From Thermoplasmatota archaeon (lineage in GTDB: Archaea; Thermoplasmatota; E2; DHVEG-1): 64,000 nucleotides of DNA. Within the stretch, counting starts at the first letter, position 1; each line of letters opens with the position of its first letter. Positions 20,466-29,679 of this stretch are shown in pieces. Position numbers and translations under genes: made by a program. The stretch spans positions 558-64,557 of the forward strand of contig JAWOGM010000054.1 in NCBI GenBank assembly GCA_046496795.1, read 5' to 3'. The notes below the pieces were generated by a model. It worked only from the letters and a program-made list of their open reading frames with translations. It did not search any database and was not told where the DNA came from.

Positions 20466-21317
20466 TCAAAACTTCCGAGAGATATAATCTAAAACAGACT
20501 CAAAAATAGCCCTTCCATCTCCATTTCCATCAGCACAATTATGTAACGTCCAATCTGGATGTTGATATCTATAAAACGTTCTCTCTGGATGAGGCATCAT
20601 ACCAAAAACAGTACCTGAATGATTGCAAATCCCTGCAATATTAAATAAAGATCCGTTGGGGTTCCAGGGATACCCTGCATAATTACCATCAGGATCAACA
20701 TAACGAAAGACGATTTGATCGTTCTTTTGAAGAGACTTAAGAAACGTTTTTTCCTTTTCCTTTGGAAATAATAGTTTTCCTTCAGCATGGGCACTTGGAA
20801 TTAATCGAATATCATTTTTTGGAATCTTCGAGGTGAAAACACAGGTTTGTTTATTTTCATGTTTTAATAATGTTGGTCTGCATTCAAAACGATCTGAATC
20901 ATTAATATATAAACATGCCTGAGGAACAGAACTGAGCGTTGCATCAAAACCGGGTAACAATCCAAGTTCAGTTAACACTTGAAAACCATTACAAATACCA
21001 AGAATAGGAAACTCTTGAGAAACAAATTCAGATAAATCATTTTGTAATTTACTTTTAATACGAGCTGCAAAAATTGCCCCCGCACGAATATAATCTCCTG
21101 CTGAAAAACCACCAGGAATCATTAGACATTGATAATCAAAAATATTTCTTTTCTCATGTTTATTACAATCCATACCAAGAAGCTGTTTTAAATGAACAAA
21201 CTCAGGCTTCGCCCCCAAGCGTTTAAAAGAATCGTATGATTCCTGTTCACAGTTAGTACCTTCAATTTGCATAACACCAATCGCGATATCTTGTATCTTC
21301 ACCAATTCACCTAACAA
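20466..21317 (-). CDS. purQ: Phosphoribosylformylglycinamidine synthase subunit PurQ (class I glutamine amidotransferase)
   Basis: 'PGGFSAGDY' (PurQ GGFSYGD box), the nucleophile elbow 'GICNGFQVL', and 'MMPHPERT' (the PurQ MPHPER His/Glu box). Confidence 0.75.
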   Translation of the reverse strand: MLGELVKIQDIAIGVMQIEGTNCEQESYDSFKRLGAKPEFVHLKQLLGMDCNKHEKRNIFDYQCLMIPGGFSAGDYIRAGAIFAARIKSKLQNDLSEFVSQEFPILGICNGFQVLTELGLLPGFDATLSSVPQACLYINDSDRFECRPTLLKHENKQTCVFTSKIPKNDIRLIPSAHAEGKLLFPKEKEKTFLKSLQKNDQIVFRYVDPDGNYAGYPWNPNGSLFNIAGICNHSGTVFGMMPHPERTFYRYQHPDWTLHNCADGNGDGRAIFESVLDYISRKF

Positions 21318-21455
21318 ATATCAGTAATTACTTGTATACTATTTCAATCTTTTTTGTTTGAATAAGAGAAACTTCAAAAAGCAAATACAGATAACAATGG
21401 TACCTGCAATGTAGATAATAGAAACATTATTGATGAGAGAGGTACTTCTGCAAAA

Positions 21456-22328
21456 GTGAATTATATGAAGACAAATCTTGAATGTATTCCCTGTTTAATC
21501 AAGCAATCCTTAGAAGCATCTCGAATGGCAACACACAATGAGAACATACAAAAACAAGTTCTCAAAGAAGTAATGAAACATTTACTCACTATCGAGTTTA
21601 ATAATTCTCCCCCTGAGTTATCTCGCGAGATTCATACTATAATCAAAACACTGACAAAAACAAACGACCCATATAAAACAGTAAAAATTAAATCAAATAA
21701 GCAAGCTAAATCCCTCTACCCTCAATTAAAAAAAATGATAGAAAACTCAGAAGATCATTTACTAGCGGCAATAAAACTAGCTATTGTAGGAAATGTGATA
21801 GATTTTGGAACTCTAAACCGTTTTGATCTTAAAGACATGATTGATTCAGCATTACACAAAAAATTTGATGAGTCCAGTTATCCACAATTTCAAAAAAGAT
21901 TATCAGAATCAAAAACAATATTATATATAGCTGACAACAGCGGAGAAATATTTTTTGACAAATTATTACTAGAAGAACTTGTAAAAAGAAAGAAAAAAGT
22001 GACCTATGTTGTAAAAGCAAATCCCATTATCAATGACGTATTAACAGAAGATGCGCTATATGCAGGAATAGATGAATTGGCAACCATTATTGAAGGAGAT
22101 GCTGGGCAAAAAAAATCTGCTCCAGGAATGGTTCTTCATTATATTTCTGATGAATTTAACCACAAATTAAAAACATCAGATATGATCATTTCAAAAGGAC
22201 AAGGTAATTATGAAGCATTAAATAATTATGACCGGGAAATATTCTTTTTGCTTATGATAAAATGTCCTCTGGTCGCAAAAGATATCGGAATTGATATGGG
22301 TCAACTTGTATTAAAGGTGAAACAATGA
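21456..22328 (+). CDS. DUF89/ARMT1-like damage-control phosphatase family protein
   Basis: N-terminal 'LECIPCLIKQSL' and metal-binding 'YIADNSGEIFFDK' (DNxGE motif) are typical of DUF89. Confidence 0.6.
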   Translation: MNYMKTNLECIPCLIKQSLEASRMATHNENIQKQVLKEVMKHLLTIEFNNSPPELSREIHTIIKTLTKTNDPYKTVKIKSNKQAKSLYPQLKKMIENSEDHLLAAIKLAIVGNVIDFGTLNRFDLKDMIDSALHKKFDESSYPQFQKRLSESKTILYIADNSGEIFFDKLLLEELVKRKKKVTYVVKANPIINDVLTEDALYAGIDELATIIEGDAGQKKSAPGMVLHYISDEFNHKLKTSDMIISKGQGNYEALNNYDREIFFLLMIKCPLVAKDIGIDMGQLVLKVKQ

Positions 22329-23170
22329 TTATCTCAGTTGCAAGTGGTAAAGGAGGGACAGGTAAAACTACTGTTGCAACGAATTTAGCGTTGAGTCTGG
22401 GAGAGGTACAGTTTTTCGACTGTGACATTGAGCAGCCAAACTCAAATATATTCCTAAAAGCTACCATGAAAGAAAGAAAAGAAGTCAGTGTTCAGATTCC
22501 TATAATAGACAAAGAAAAATGTACTGTTTGTGGCAGTTGTTTAAAATTTTGTGCTTTTAATGCCATTTCAAAACAGTCATCACAAATCCAGGTTTTCCCT
22601 GATCGTTGTCATTCCTGCCAAGGCTGTAAAATTGTCTGCCCCGTAGATGCAATAAGTTGGTCATCAAGACCAATTGGAAAAATAGAACACGGTTTTACAA
22701 AAACTATTGATTTTTATCAAGGTATACTAAACATCGGCGAGGCAATGACAACACCTGTTCTTAGAGAGTTGAAAAAAAATATTGATCCGGAAAAAACTGT
22801 CATCTTAGATGCACCGCCGGGTACAGCTAGTCCAGTAATTGAAACTGTTTATGATTCAGATTATTGTATTCTAGTTACAGAACCGACCCCCTTTGGCCTC
22901 CATGACCTTCAGGCTTCATTTTATCTTTTAAGGAAGCTCTATATTCCTTTTGGGGTAATCATCAATAGAGAAGGGATTGGCGATAAAAAAATTGAGTTTT
23001 TCTGCCAACAACAAAAAATTCCTGTTATTATGAAAATTCCAAATAATAAAGAAATTGCTCATCTATATTCTCAGGGAATACCATTTATAGAAAATATGCC
23101 TAATTGGCGTGAAAAATTTATTGATCTATATAATTTTATAACAGAGAAGGTGAAACCATTAAGCAAATAG
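22325..23170 (+). CDS. MinD/ParA-superfamily P-loop ATPase with an inserted 2x[4Fe-4S] ferredoxin domain (COG1149-like), copy 1
   Basis: Deviant Walker A 'SGKGGTGKTT', then 'CTVCGSCLKFCAFNAI' and 'CHSCQGCKIVCPVDAI'. Start overlaps the DUF89 stop (ATGA). Confidence 0.75.
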   Translation: MIISVASGKGGTGKTTVATNLALSLGEVQFFDCDIEQPNSNIFLKATMKERKEVSVQIPIIDKEKCTVCGSCLKFCAFNAISKQSSQIQVFPDRCHSCQGCKIVCPVDAISWSSRPIGKIEHGFTKTIDFYQGILNIGEAMTTPVLRELKKNIDPEKTVILDAPPGTASPVIETVYDSDYCILVTEPTPFGLHDLQASFYLLRKLYIPFGVIINREGIGDKKIEFFCQQQKIPVIMKIPNNKEIAHLYSQGIPFIENMPNWREKFIDLYNFITEKVKPLSK

Positions 23171-24024
23171 CTATTATCAGTGGGAAAGCAGGCACAGGGA
23201 AAACATCAATTGCTGCGTCATTTGCAACTCTCTCATCAAAGTCTGTTCTTGCAGATTGCGATGTTGACTCTACCGATCTTCACTTAATCATTAAACCACA
23301 TATAAAGAGAACAACAGGATTTCACGCAAAGAAATTAGCATCAATAGATAAAATTTTATGCACCTCATGTAAAACATGCTATGATTTCTGTAGATTTCAT
23401 GCAATAGATGAAGAAATACATGTCATCAAAGAATTATGTGAAGGATGCGGCGTCTGCCATTATGTTTGTCCAAATGATGCTATAAAAATGATACAAAGAG
23501 ATTCTGGTCTAGTCTATATCTCTGATACTCGCTGTGGCCCCATGTCTCACGCATCACTCAAGACTGCTGAGGAGGCTTCAGGTAAACTAATAACAGTTGT
23601 GAGAAATAACGCAAGAACTATCGCTGAAAGACACAAAAAGGAATTAATAATCATAGATGGGCCGCCTGGAGTCGGATACCCGGTTTTCTCAACAATTATA
23701 GGAGTAGATCTGGTTGTCATTGTCACTGAGCCAACGCTTTCTGCTCTTCAGGACCTCAAACGCATAATAAAAGCATCCCAACATTTCAATATTCCCGCGG
23801 TTGTTTGCATAAACAAATATGATATCAATTTACAAAATACAGAAGAGATCACAAAATATTGCGCAAAAAATTCTATCGAGGTTGTTGGAAAAATCCCTTA
23901 TGACACCATTATAAATGATGCGATGATTCAAGAAAAAAGCGTTGTTGAATTTTCAGATGAATTAACAAGCAGAACCATTAAAGACATGTGGACTAAAATA
24001 CAAGAAAAACTAACAACACAATAA
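23167..24024 (+). CDS. MinD/ParA-superfamily ATPase with ferredoxin insert, copy 2. The N-terminal 107 codons, including Walker A, have no ATG/GTG/TTG start, so this is a possible pseudogene or an ATA-initiated gene.
   Basis: The frame is open from 23155 and encodes 'IAIISGKAGTGKTSIAA...CTSCKTCYDFCRF...CEGCGVCHYVCPNDAI'. The first canonical start is M at 23488, well past the P-loop. 'ATAG' at 23167-23170 overlaps the gene 1 stop codon. Confidence 0.5.
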   Translation: MAIISGKAGTGKTSIAASFATLSSKSVLADCDVDSTDLHLIIKPHIKRTTGFHAKKLASIDKILCTSCKTCYDFCRFHAIDEEIHVIKELCEGCGVCHYVCPNDAIKMIQRDSGLVYISDTRCGPMSHASLKTAEEASGKLITVVRNNARTIAERHKKELIIIDGPPGVGYPVFSTIIGVDLVVIVTEPTLSALQDLKRIIKASQHFNIPAVVCINKYDINLQNTEEITKYCAKNSIEVVGKIPYDTIINDAMIQEKSVVEFSDELTSRTIKDMWTKIQEKLTTQ

Positions 24025-24065
24025 TAAAAGAAAAAAATAGAGCAATAAAGAAAAAAATTGTAAAC

Positions 24066-24419
24066 GTGATCGGTATGAAACACATACATTATAGTAATGT
24101 TGGGCTGGAAACTCTAAAAGAAACGGGAATAAAAGACGTGAAAATAAGATGGTTGATTTCAGAAAAAGATGGTGCAAATAATTTTGCAATGCGTTTATTT
24201 GAGATTCAGCCAAATGGATATACGCCTTTACATCAACATGATTGGGAACATGAAGTTTTCATTGTAGAGGGAAACGGTGTTGCCAATGATAACACAAAAG
24301 AAATTCCCTTCCGACAGGGAGATGTATTTTTTATTCCATCGCTTCAATGGCATCAATTTAAAAACACAGGAAATACGACGCTGAAAGTGCTTTGTTTAAT
24401 CCCTTATAAAAAGGTGTAA
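24066..24419 (+). CDS. Cupin domain protein
   Basis: Two-motif cupin signature 'LHQHDWEHEVFIVEGNG' ... 'GDVFFIPSLQWHQFKN'. Confidence 0.7.
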   Translation: MIGMKHIHYSNVGLETLKETGIKDVKIRWLISEKDGANNFAMRLFEIQPNGYTPLHQHDWEHEVFIVEGNGVANDNTKEIPFRQGDVFFIPSLQWHQFKNTGNTTLKVLCLIPYKKV

Positions 24420-24442
24420 AAGAAACAAAGGCGAGATCAACT

Positions 24443-25048
24443 ATGCAGCAAAAAGAAAAACAAATAAACGATCTTTCCCTAAAGATATATCATTGTAAAA
24501 AATGTCAATTATGGGAAACAAAAAAAAATTATGTTGTTGGAAATGGTTCATGTAACGCAGATATTTTATTTATTGGTGAAGCCCCAGGATATCATGAGGA
24601 TCAACAGGGCATTCCTTTTGTTGGTCGAGCAGGTAAAGTTTTTGATGAACTCTTACAATCAATTGGATTAAAACGTGATCATGTCTATGTATGTAACATC
24701 CTAAAATGCCGCCCCCCAGGTAATAGAAATCCATATGAATCAGAGATTACAGCATGCACTCCATTTCTAGATAGCCAAATTGATATCATTAAACCATCAA
24801 TAATAGGAACTTTAGGGAATTTTGCCTCTTCATATATTCTAAAAAAATTTGGATTTCCGTTAGAAAAAATAGGCGCTAATCATGGAAAAGTCTACCATAT
24901 GAAAAATTTGATGTTTGAATCCAGAATAATACCCCTCTATCATCCAGCCTCAGTAGTTTACAATACTTCAATGATGTCTCTATTACTCAATGATTTTCAA
25001 ATAATTGCAAAATATGCAAACAAAATAAAAATTAAAAATACTGGTTAG
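24443..25048 (+). CDS. udg: Family 4 uracil-DNA glycosylase (4Fe-4S UDG)
   Basis: 'CKKCQLWETKKNYVVGNGSCNADILFIGEAPGYHEDQQGIPFVGRAGKVFDELL' and 'CNILKCRPPGNRNP' are diagnostic of family 4 UDG. Confidence 0.85.
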   Translation: MQQKEKQINDLSLKIYHCKKCQLWETKKNYVVGNGSCNADILFIGEAPGYHEDQQGIPFVGRAGKVFDELLQSIGLKRDHVYVCNILKCRPPGNRNPYESEITACTPFLDSQIDIIKPSIIGTLGNFASSYILKKFGFPLEKIGANHGKVYHMKNLMFESRIIPLYHPASVVYNTSMMSLLLNDFQIIAKYANKIKIKNTG

Positions 25049-25078
25049 ATTTATAACAGGTACATTATTACAGAAAAA

Positions 25079-25315
25079 GTGATGTGTTTAGCTATACCAG
25101 GAAAAATTATAAAAATAGACAAAGACAAACAACATGGCATTGTAGATTATGGGGAGGGCACCACAAGAAAAGTCAATATTAGCCTTGTTGATGTAAGAAT
25201 TGGCGATTATGTTTTAGTCCATGCAGGATTTGCCATTCAAGTTCTTGATGAACAAGAAGCAAAGGAAACATTATCCCTCTTTCGAGAAATGCTTTCTTCT
25301 GTGGAGGATTTATAG
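25079..25315 (+). CDS. hypC: Hydrogenase maturation factor HypC/HupF
   Basis: N-terminal 'MCLAIPGKI' with the essential Cys2, ~78 aa, immediately followed by hypD. Confidence 0.8.
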   Translation: MMCLAIPGKIIKIDKDKQHGIVDYGEGTTRKVNISLVDVRIGDYVLVHAGFAIQVLDEQEAKETLSLFREMLSSVEDL

Positions 25316-26394
25316 TGTTTTTACTTCGCGATAAAGAAATTGCAAAAAAAATAATAACATCTATAAAAAAATCAAACGTTCACTATAAATTCATGCATGT
25401 TTGTGGGACACATCAAGATACTTTAGTTAAACATGGTCTTGACTCATTACTAAAAAGCTGTGGTATTGAGATAAGACAAGGACCAGGATGTCCTGTCTGT
25501 GTTACAACCCCAAAAGAAATAGAGGAAATGCTTCATTTAGCCAAAAAAAACTATATTATTACGACATTTGGTGATATGATACGTGTACCTGGCGAGCATG
25601 AATCCTTACAGAATATGAAAGAACAAGGATATGATGTTAGAACAGTTTATAGTGTAGAAGATGCAATAGATATTGCAATAAAAAATAAAGAAAATGATGT
25701 TATTTTTATGGCTGTCGGTTTTGAAACAACAACACCTATGAATGCTGATGTCGTATTACGTGAACCCCCATCAAATTTTTCCATGTTATGCTGCCATAGA
25801 GTCATTCCCCCAGCACTTCAAGCCATTCTTGAAATGGGAGATGTAAAACTTGATGGGTTTATCCAGCCAGGCCATGTTTCCGCAATTATTGGATCAAAAC
25901 CCTATGAATTTATTTCAGAAAGATATCATATACCTCAAGTAATAGCAGGATTTGAGCCCCTTGACTTGCTCATGGCTATCTGGATGCTTACCCGTCAGCT
26001 TAAACAGGGAGAGATTAAGGTTGAAAATGAATATGTGCGCGTTGTTAATCATTTAGGAAATGTTAAAGCACAAACATTAATAAAAAATGTTTTTGAATTA
26101 TGCGATATAAAGTGGCGTGGTTTTCCCATCATCCCTCACTCAGGTTTAAAGATAAAAAGAAAATTTGAAGAGTTTGATGCTAGAAAAAAATACGAAGATG
26201 ATCTCATCGTTGTTCATGAAAAAGAGTTTACCGAACCAAAAGGATGCAGATGTGGCGATGTATTACGAGGCATAATCACCTCAGAAAAATGTCCCCTTTT
26301 TGGAAAGAAATGTTACCCAAATAATCCAGTTGGGCCATGTATGGTAAGTATTGAAGGGAGTTGTAATATCCACTATCGCTATAGTAACCAGTAA
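25315..26394 (+). CDS. hypD: Hydrogenase maturation factor HypD
   Basis: The motifs 'CGTHQD' (CGxH), 'GPGCPVCV', 'FETTTP' and a C-terminal Cys cluster 'CRCGDVLRG...CPLFGKKC' are diagnostic of HypD. Confidence 0.85.
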   Translation: MFLLRDKEIAKKIITSIKKSNVHYKFMHVCGTHQDTLVKHGLDSLLKSCGIEIRQGPGCPVCVTTPKEIEEMLHLAKKNYIITTFGDMIRVPGEHESLQNMKEQGYDVRTVYSVEDAIDIAIKNKENDVIFMAVGFETTTPMNADVVLREPPSNFSMLCCHRVIPPALQAILEMGDVKLDGFIQPGHVSAIIGSKPYEFISERYHIPQVIAGFEPLDLLMAIWMLTRQLKQGEIKVENEYVRVVNHLGNVKAQTLIKNVFELCDIKWRGFPIIPHSGLKIKRKFEEFDARKKYEDDLIVVHEKEFTEPKGCRCGDVLRGIITSEKCPLFGKKCYPNNPVGPCMVSIEGSCNIHYRYSNQ

Positions 26395-26398
26395 GAAA

Positions 26399-27277
26399 TT
26401 ATTTTATTTTATTTCTTAAAGTAAATAGTGCTAAGGTAATGCTTAAAGAGATACAAAAAGCAAAAACAGTTCCCACTACTATACCATATAATGGATAGAG
26501 GAAATAAATTGAAATCGCATAACTCATCACACTCATGCTTCCAATAATCATAGATTTTGCAATACCAGCGGTAAAAATTGGACCATGTTCTTTTAAAGCA
26601 ATAATCATTGTTGACGCAAAAATCGCAGGGAAAATAGAAAAAATGCCGCTTAATACCGCTGAAGTATTTGAAAGAAGGACAGAGATTGCAATAATTAGTC
26701 CAGCGAGGACCCCACGAAATAGTATCTTAGTTGGAGTATAATGTATCGTTACTTTTCCTACTGATGGAACCTTTTTTCCAAATTCCAAATATAAAAAAAT
26801 ACAGATAAGTGAAAACGCATAGATACTGACTGAGATAACAATGTTTGTAACACTGAAAATATACAGAAGAGAAGAAAAAAAAGTCCATATAATCATAGAT
26901 CCTGTGAAAGCAAGAAAGAGCGAACGGTAGGCAAGCAGAACAAACATTAGTAAAAATAAAAGATTAATTCCCATCTGAAAGGGAACTACAGCTACAGATT
27001 CTACAGCAAAATCAATACCTTGATTAAGAGCAATAAAAATAAAGGCAATTATTATAGTAGAAGGAAGTGTTCCAAAAATTCCTCCAACTTTTGTTCCATA
27101 TCGTTCTGCAATAATGGTGATAACAATTACTATCAATGCAGAGAGAAGAAAGGGTAATATACTTTGATATAATAATAAAAGCATACCCGGAAATATACAT
27201 CCATTATAAAATAATTGTATACTAAAAATACCAAAATACCTACTTTTTAAAGTTGATAGATAACATTTATATACCAT
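26399..27277 (-). CDS. Polytopic membrane protein, unknown function
   Basis: Roughly 8 hydrophobic helices with no recognisable catalytic motif. Confidence 0.4.
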   Translation of the reverse strand: MVYKCYLSTLKSRYFGIFSIQLFYNGCIFPGMLLLLYQSILPFLLSALIVIVITIIAERYGTKVGGIFGTLPSTIIIAFIFIALNQGIDFAVESVAVVPFQMGINLLFLLMFVLLAYRSLFLAFTGSMIIWTFFSSLLYIFSVTNIVISVSIYAFSLICIFLYLEFGKKVPSVGKVTIHYTPTKILFRGVLAGLIIAISVLLSNTSAVLSGIFSIFPAIFASTMIIALKEHGPIFTAGIAKSMIIGSMSVMSYAISIYFLYPLYGIVVGTVFAFCISLSITLALFTLRNKIK

Positions 27278-27315
27278 AGGACAAATATTATCATGAGAAA
27301 TTAGGGGATACTAAT

Positions 27316-29202
27316 ATGAAGAAACTTGTACCATTAATTATAGGTATTTTAGTCCTCAGTGGACTTGGAGCTGCCGTCGCACAAGAAAACACCCAAACAT
27401 TTGTTCTTTCTGATTCCATACATTTTTCAGAGCCAGCAATAATTCAAAATCGACACACAGTGGAAATTAATCTGGAAGAGGCAAATTCAGTTTTAATGGG
27501 TGAAGATAGTTATGATTTACCAATTATTTCAAAAGTGTATACCTTTCCTTTAGGAACATCCATAGATGAGGTCACAGTTTCCTTTTCTGATCCATATTTA
27601 TATACGCTTACATCAGACTTAAATCCTGCACCTATAGCACAATATATCTCAACACAATATCAATCAGAAAAAATATCCTATGAAACAGAGAATATAGACA
27701 TGTATCCACAATATCAATACACCTACAACACTGGAGCAGGACGCTTTAAAGGAGATCATGTTATAATTTTATCTGTTCAACTCAGCCCCATGCTTTATTT
27801 CCCTAATGAAAACATACTTTCCATTTCTGAAGAAGCCTCTATTGAGGTAACCTATACCCTTCCAAAAACACCAATTATCACTGGGGATGCATATGATATG
27901 CTAATTCTTGCACCTGACCATTTCAGTGCAGAATTACAACCTCTTATTGATTATAAAAATAGTAGAGGCATTGACACAGTATTAGTAACACTTAGTCAGA
28001 TTCCTACTCAGGGATCAGACGTACAAGAACAAATCAAATATTTTATAAAAAATGCCTATGAAGACTGGGGTTTTACCTATGTTTTATTGGTCGGAAGTGG
28101 AGTTGAAGGCCAAGAAGTATTTCCCGTACGCCATGTATGGATCCCCTCTGGAAGTTATGAAGCATATTTCCCAAGTGATTTGTATTATGCAGATTTTTAT
28201 AGATCAGATATGAGTTTTGCCAGTTGGGATCATAACAATAACGGAAAATATGGTGAAATTCCTCAAGATATTCCTGCTATGAACATCTATCCTGATGTGT
28301 ATCTGGGCAGACTCGCATGTAGTGATGAATTTGAAGTACGCAGTACCGTAAATAAAATAATCAATTATATGAAACATAACCAGGTCATGGAAAAAATTGT
28401 TCAAATCGCCGGTGATACATTCCCAGGAGATCCTCAAAACATTAACGAAGGAGAATATTCAAATATTGCCGTTATGAATCAACTTCCAGGTTATACCACA
28501 GAACGACTCTGGGCATCAACTAATACACTCACAAAAGTAAATATCATTAACGCAATAAATAAAGGTGTTGATTTCGTTGATTTCTCAGGACATGGAAGTT
28601 ATATGAGTTGGGCAACACATCCCCCAAATGATCCGTCCCGATGGCTTCCTGACGATGGGAAATACTCTGGATTTCTCAACATTAATGTGCCATTTCTGTT
28701 TAATAATAAAAAACTGCCTGTTGTATTTTTATTTGCATGTTCATGTCATAAATTTTCATCCTCTGAAAACTCTCTTGGGTGGGCATTTGTAGAAAATAGT
28801 TATGGTGGTGCAATAGCATCATATGGCGCATCAGGTATTGCATATGGAATGCTTGGTACAGCTATTAATGATCGTGTATTTGGATGGATGCAACTCAATA
28901 CCTTTAAAGGTCTTTACAATGACAAGGTATTAGGAGATGTATGGGGAGACTGCATTGTTGGATATTATAATGCTTTTAACTTTGATATCCAAGAGTCAGA
29001 TTATAAAACACTCTTGCAGTACAATCTATTCGGAGATCCTTCACTCGCTATTGAAACAGGTCCTGATCCGAAAAGCGCAGATGGATATCAGTTCCCTCTG
29101 CTTACTTTAATTCATCAAATCATTCAAAGAACATTAATGCGGTTTCCCTTTCTAGATCGATTGTTTACCCCTGCAATTCTCTCCAGATTACTAACACAAT
29201 AA
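27316..29202 (+). CDS. Secreted protein with a gingipain-like (peptidase C25, clan CD) domain and a conserved C-terminal tail
   Basis: Signal peptide 'MKKLVPLIIGILVLSGLGAAVA'. 'YVLLVGSG...VPVRHVW...SDLYYADF', a His region 'FSGHGSYMSW' and a Cys region 'FLFACSCHKF' parallel the gingipain His/Cys dyad. The tail '...RFPFLDRLFTPAILSRLLTQ' is shared with two other proteins. Confidence 0.5.
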   Translation: MKKLVPLIIGILVLSGLGAAVAQENTQTFVLSDSIHFSEPAIIQNRHTVEINLEEANSVLMGEDSYDLPIISKVYTFPLGTSIDEVTVSFSDPYLYTLTSDLNPAPIAQYISTQYQSEKISYETENIDMYPQYQYTYNTGAGRFKGDHVIILSVQLSPMLYFPNENILSISEEASIEVTYTLPKTPIITGDAYDMLILAPDHFSAELQPLIDYKNSRGIDTVLVTLSQIPTQGSDVQEQIKYFIKNAYEDWGFTYVLLVGSGVEGQEVFPVRHVWIPSGSYEAYFPSDLYYADFYRSDMSFASWDHNNNGKYGEIPQDIPAMNIYPDVYLGRLACSDEFEVRSTVNKIINYMKHNQVMEKIVQIAGDTFPGDPQNINEGEYSNIAVMNQLPGYTTERLWASTNTLTKVNIINAINKGVDFVDFSGHGSYMSWATHPPNDPSRWLPDDGKYSGFLNINVPFLFNNKKLPVVFLFACSCHKFSSSENSLGWAFVENSYGGAIASYGASGIAYGMLGTAINDRVFGWMQLNTFKGLYNDKVLGDVWGDCIVGYYNAFNFDIQESDYKTLLQYNLFGDPSLAIETGPDPKSADGYQFPLLTLIHQIIQRTLMRFPFLDRLFTPAILSRLLTQ

Positions 29203-29337
29203 TATCATAACCAGCCCCCTCTTTTTTTTCTTTTTTTTAAATTGGCTTGTTTAATAATAGTTTGACCTGTGCTAACAATTAACTTTATATAGTGTGAATT
29301 CTTTACTCATGCCAATAAGTGACCAGGAGGTGAAAAA

Positions 29338-29649
29338 TTGGAAGAGGAAAAAAATATAATTACAAGTGTTGCTACAAAAGAAATCGATTTATTAAGCAGA
29401 CATATTGATGTTTTAACAACCGTACGAGATCATGGACCTATTGGAATTATACGGTTATCACAAGTCACCGGACAACCACAACATATGATACGATACTCAT
29501 TACGAACATTAGAAAAAGGAGGAGCAATAAAACCATCTCCAAATGGAGCAGTAGTCACCGATAAAATACATGAAGCATTGGGAACCCTTGAATCAAGCAT
29601 AGACGAAATTAGTACAACAATGACAGAAATAAAAAAGAAATTAAAATAG
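29338..29649 (+). CDS. Winged-helix DNA-binding protein (putative transcriptional regulator)
   Basis: A TTG start lies 8 nt after a perfect AGGAGG. 'IIRLSQVTGQPQHMIRYSLRTLEKGGAIK' looks like a wHTH recognition helix followed by a wing. Confidence 0.45.
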   Translation: MEEEKNIITSVATKEIDLLSRHIDVLTTVRDHGPIGIIRLSQVTGQPQHMIRYSLRTLEKGGAIKPSPNGAVVTDKIHEALGTLESSIDEISTTMTEIKKKLK

Positions 29650-29679
29650 AACCAACAATCTTCCAACTTTTTCCATTTT

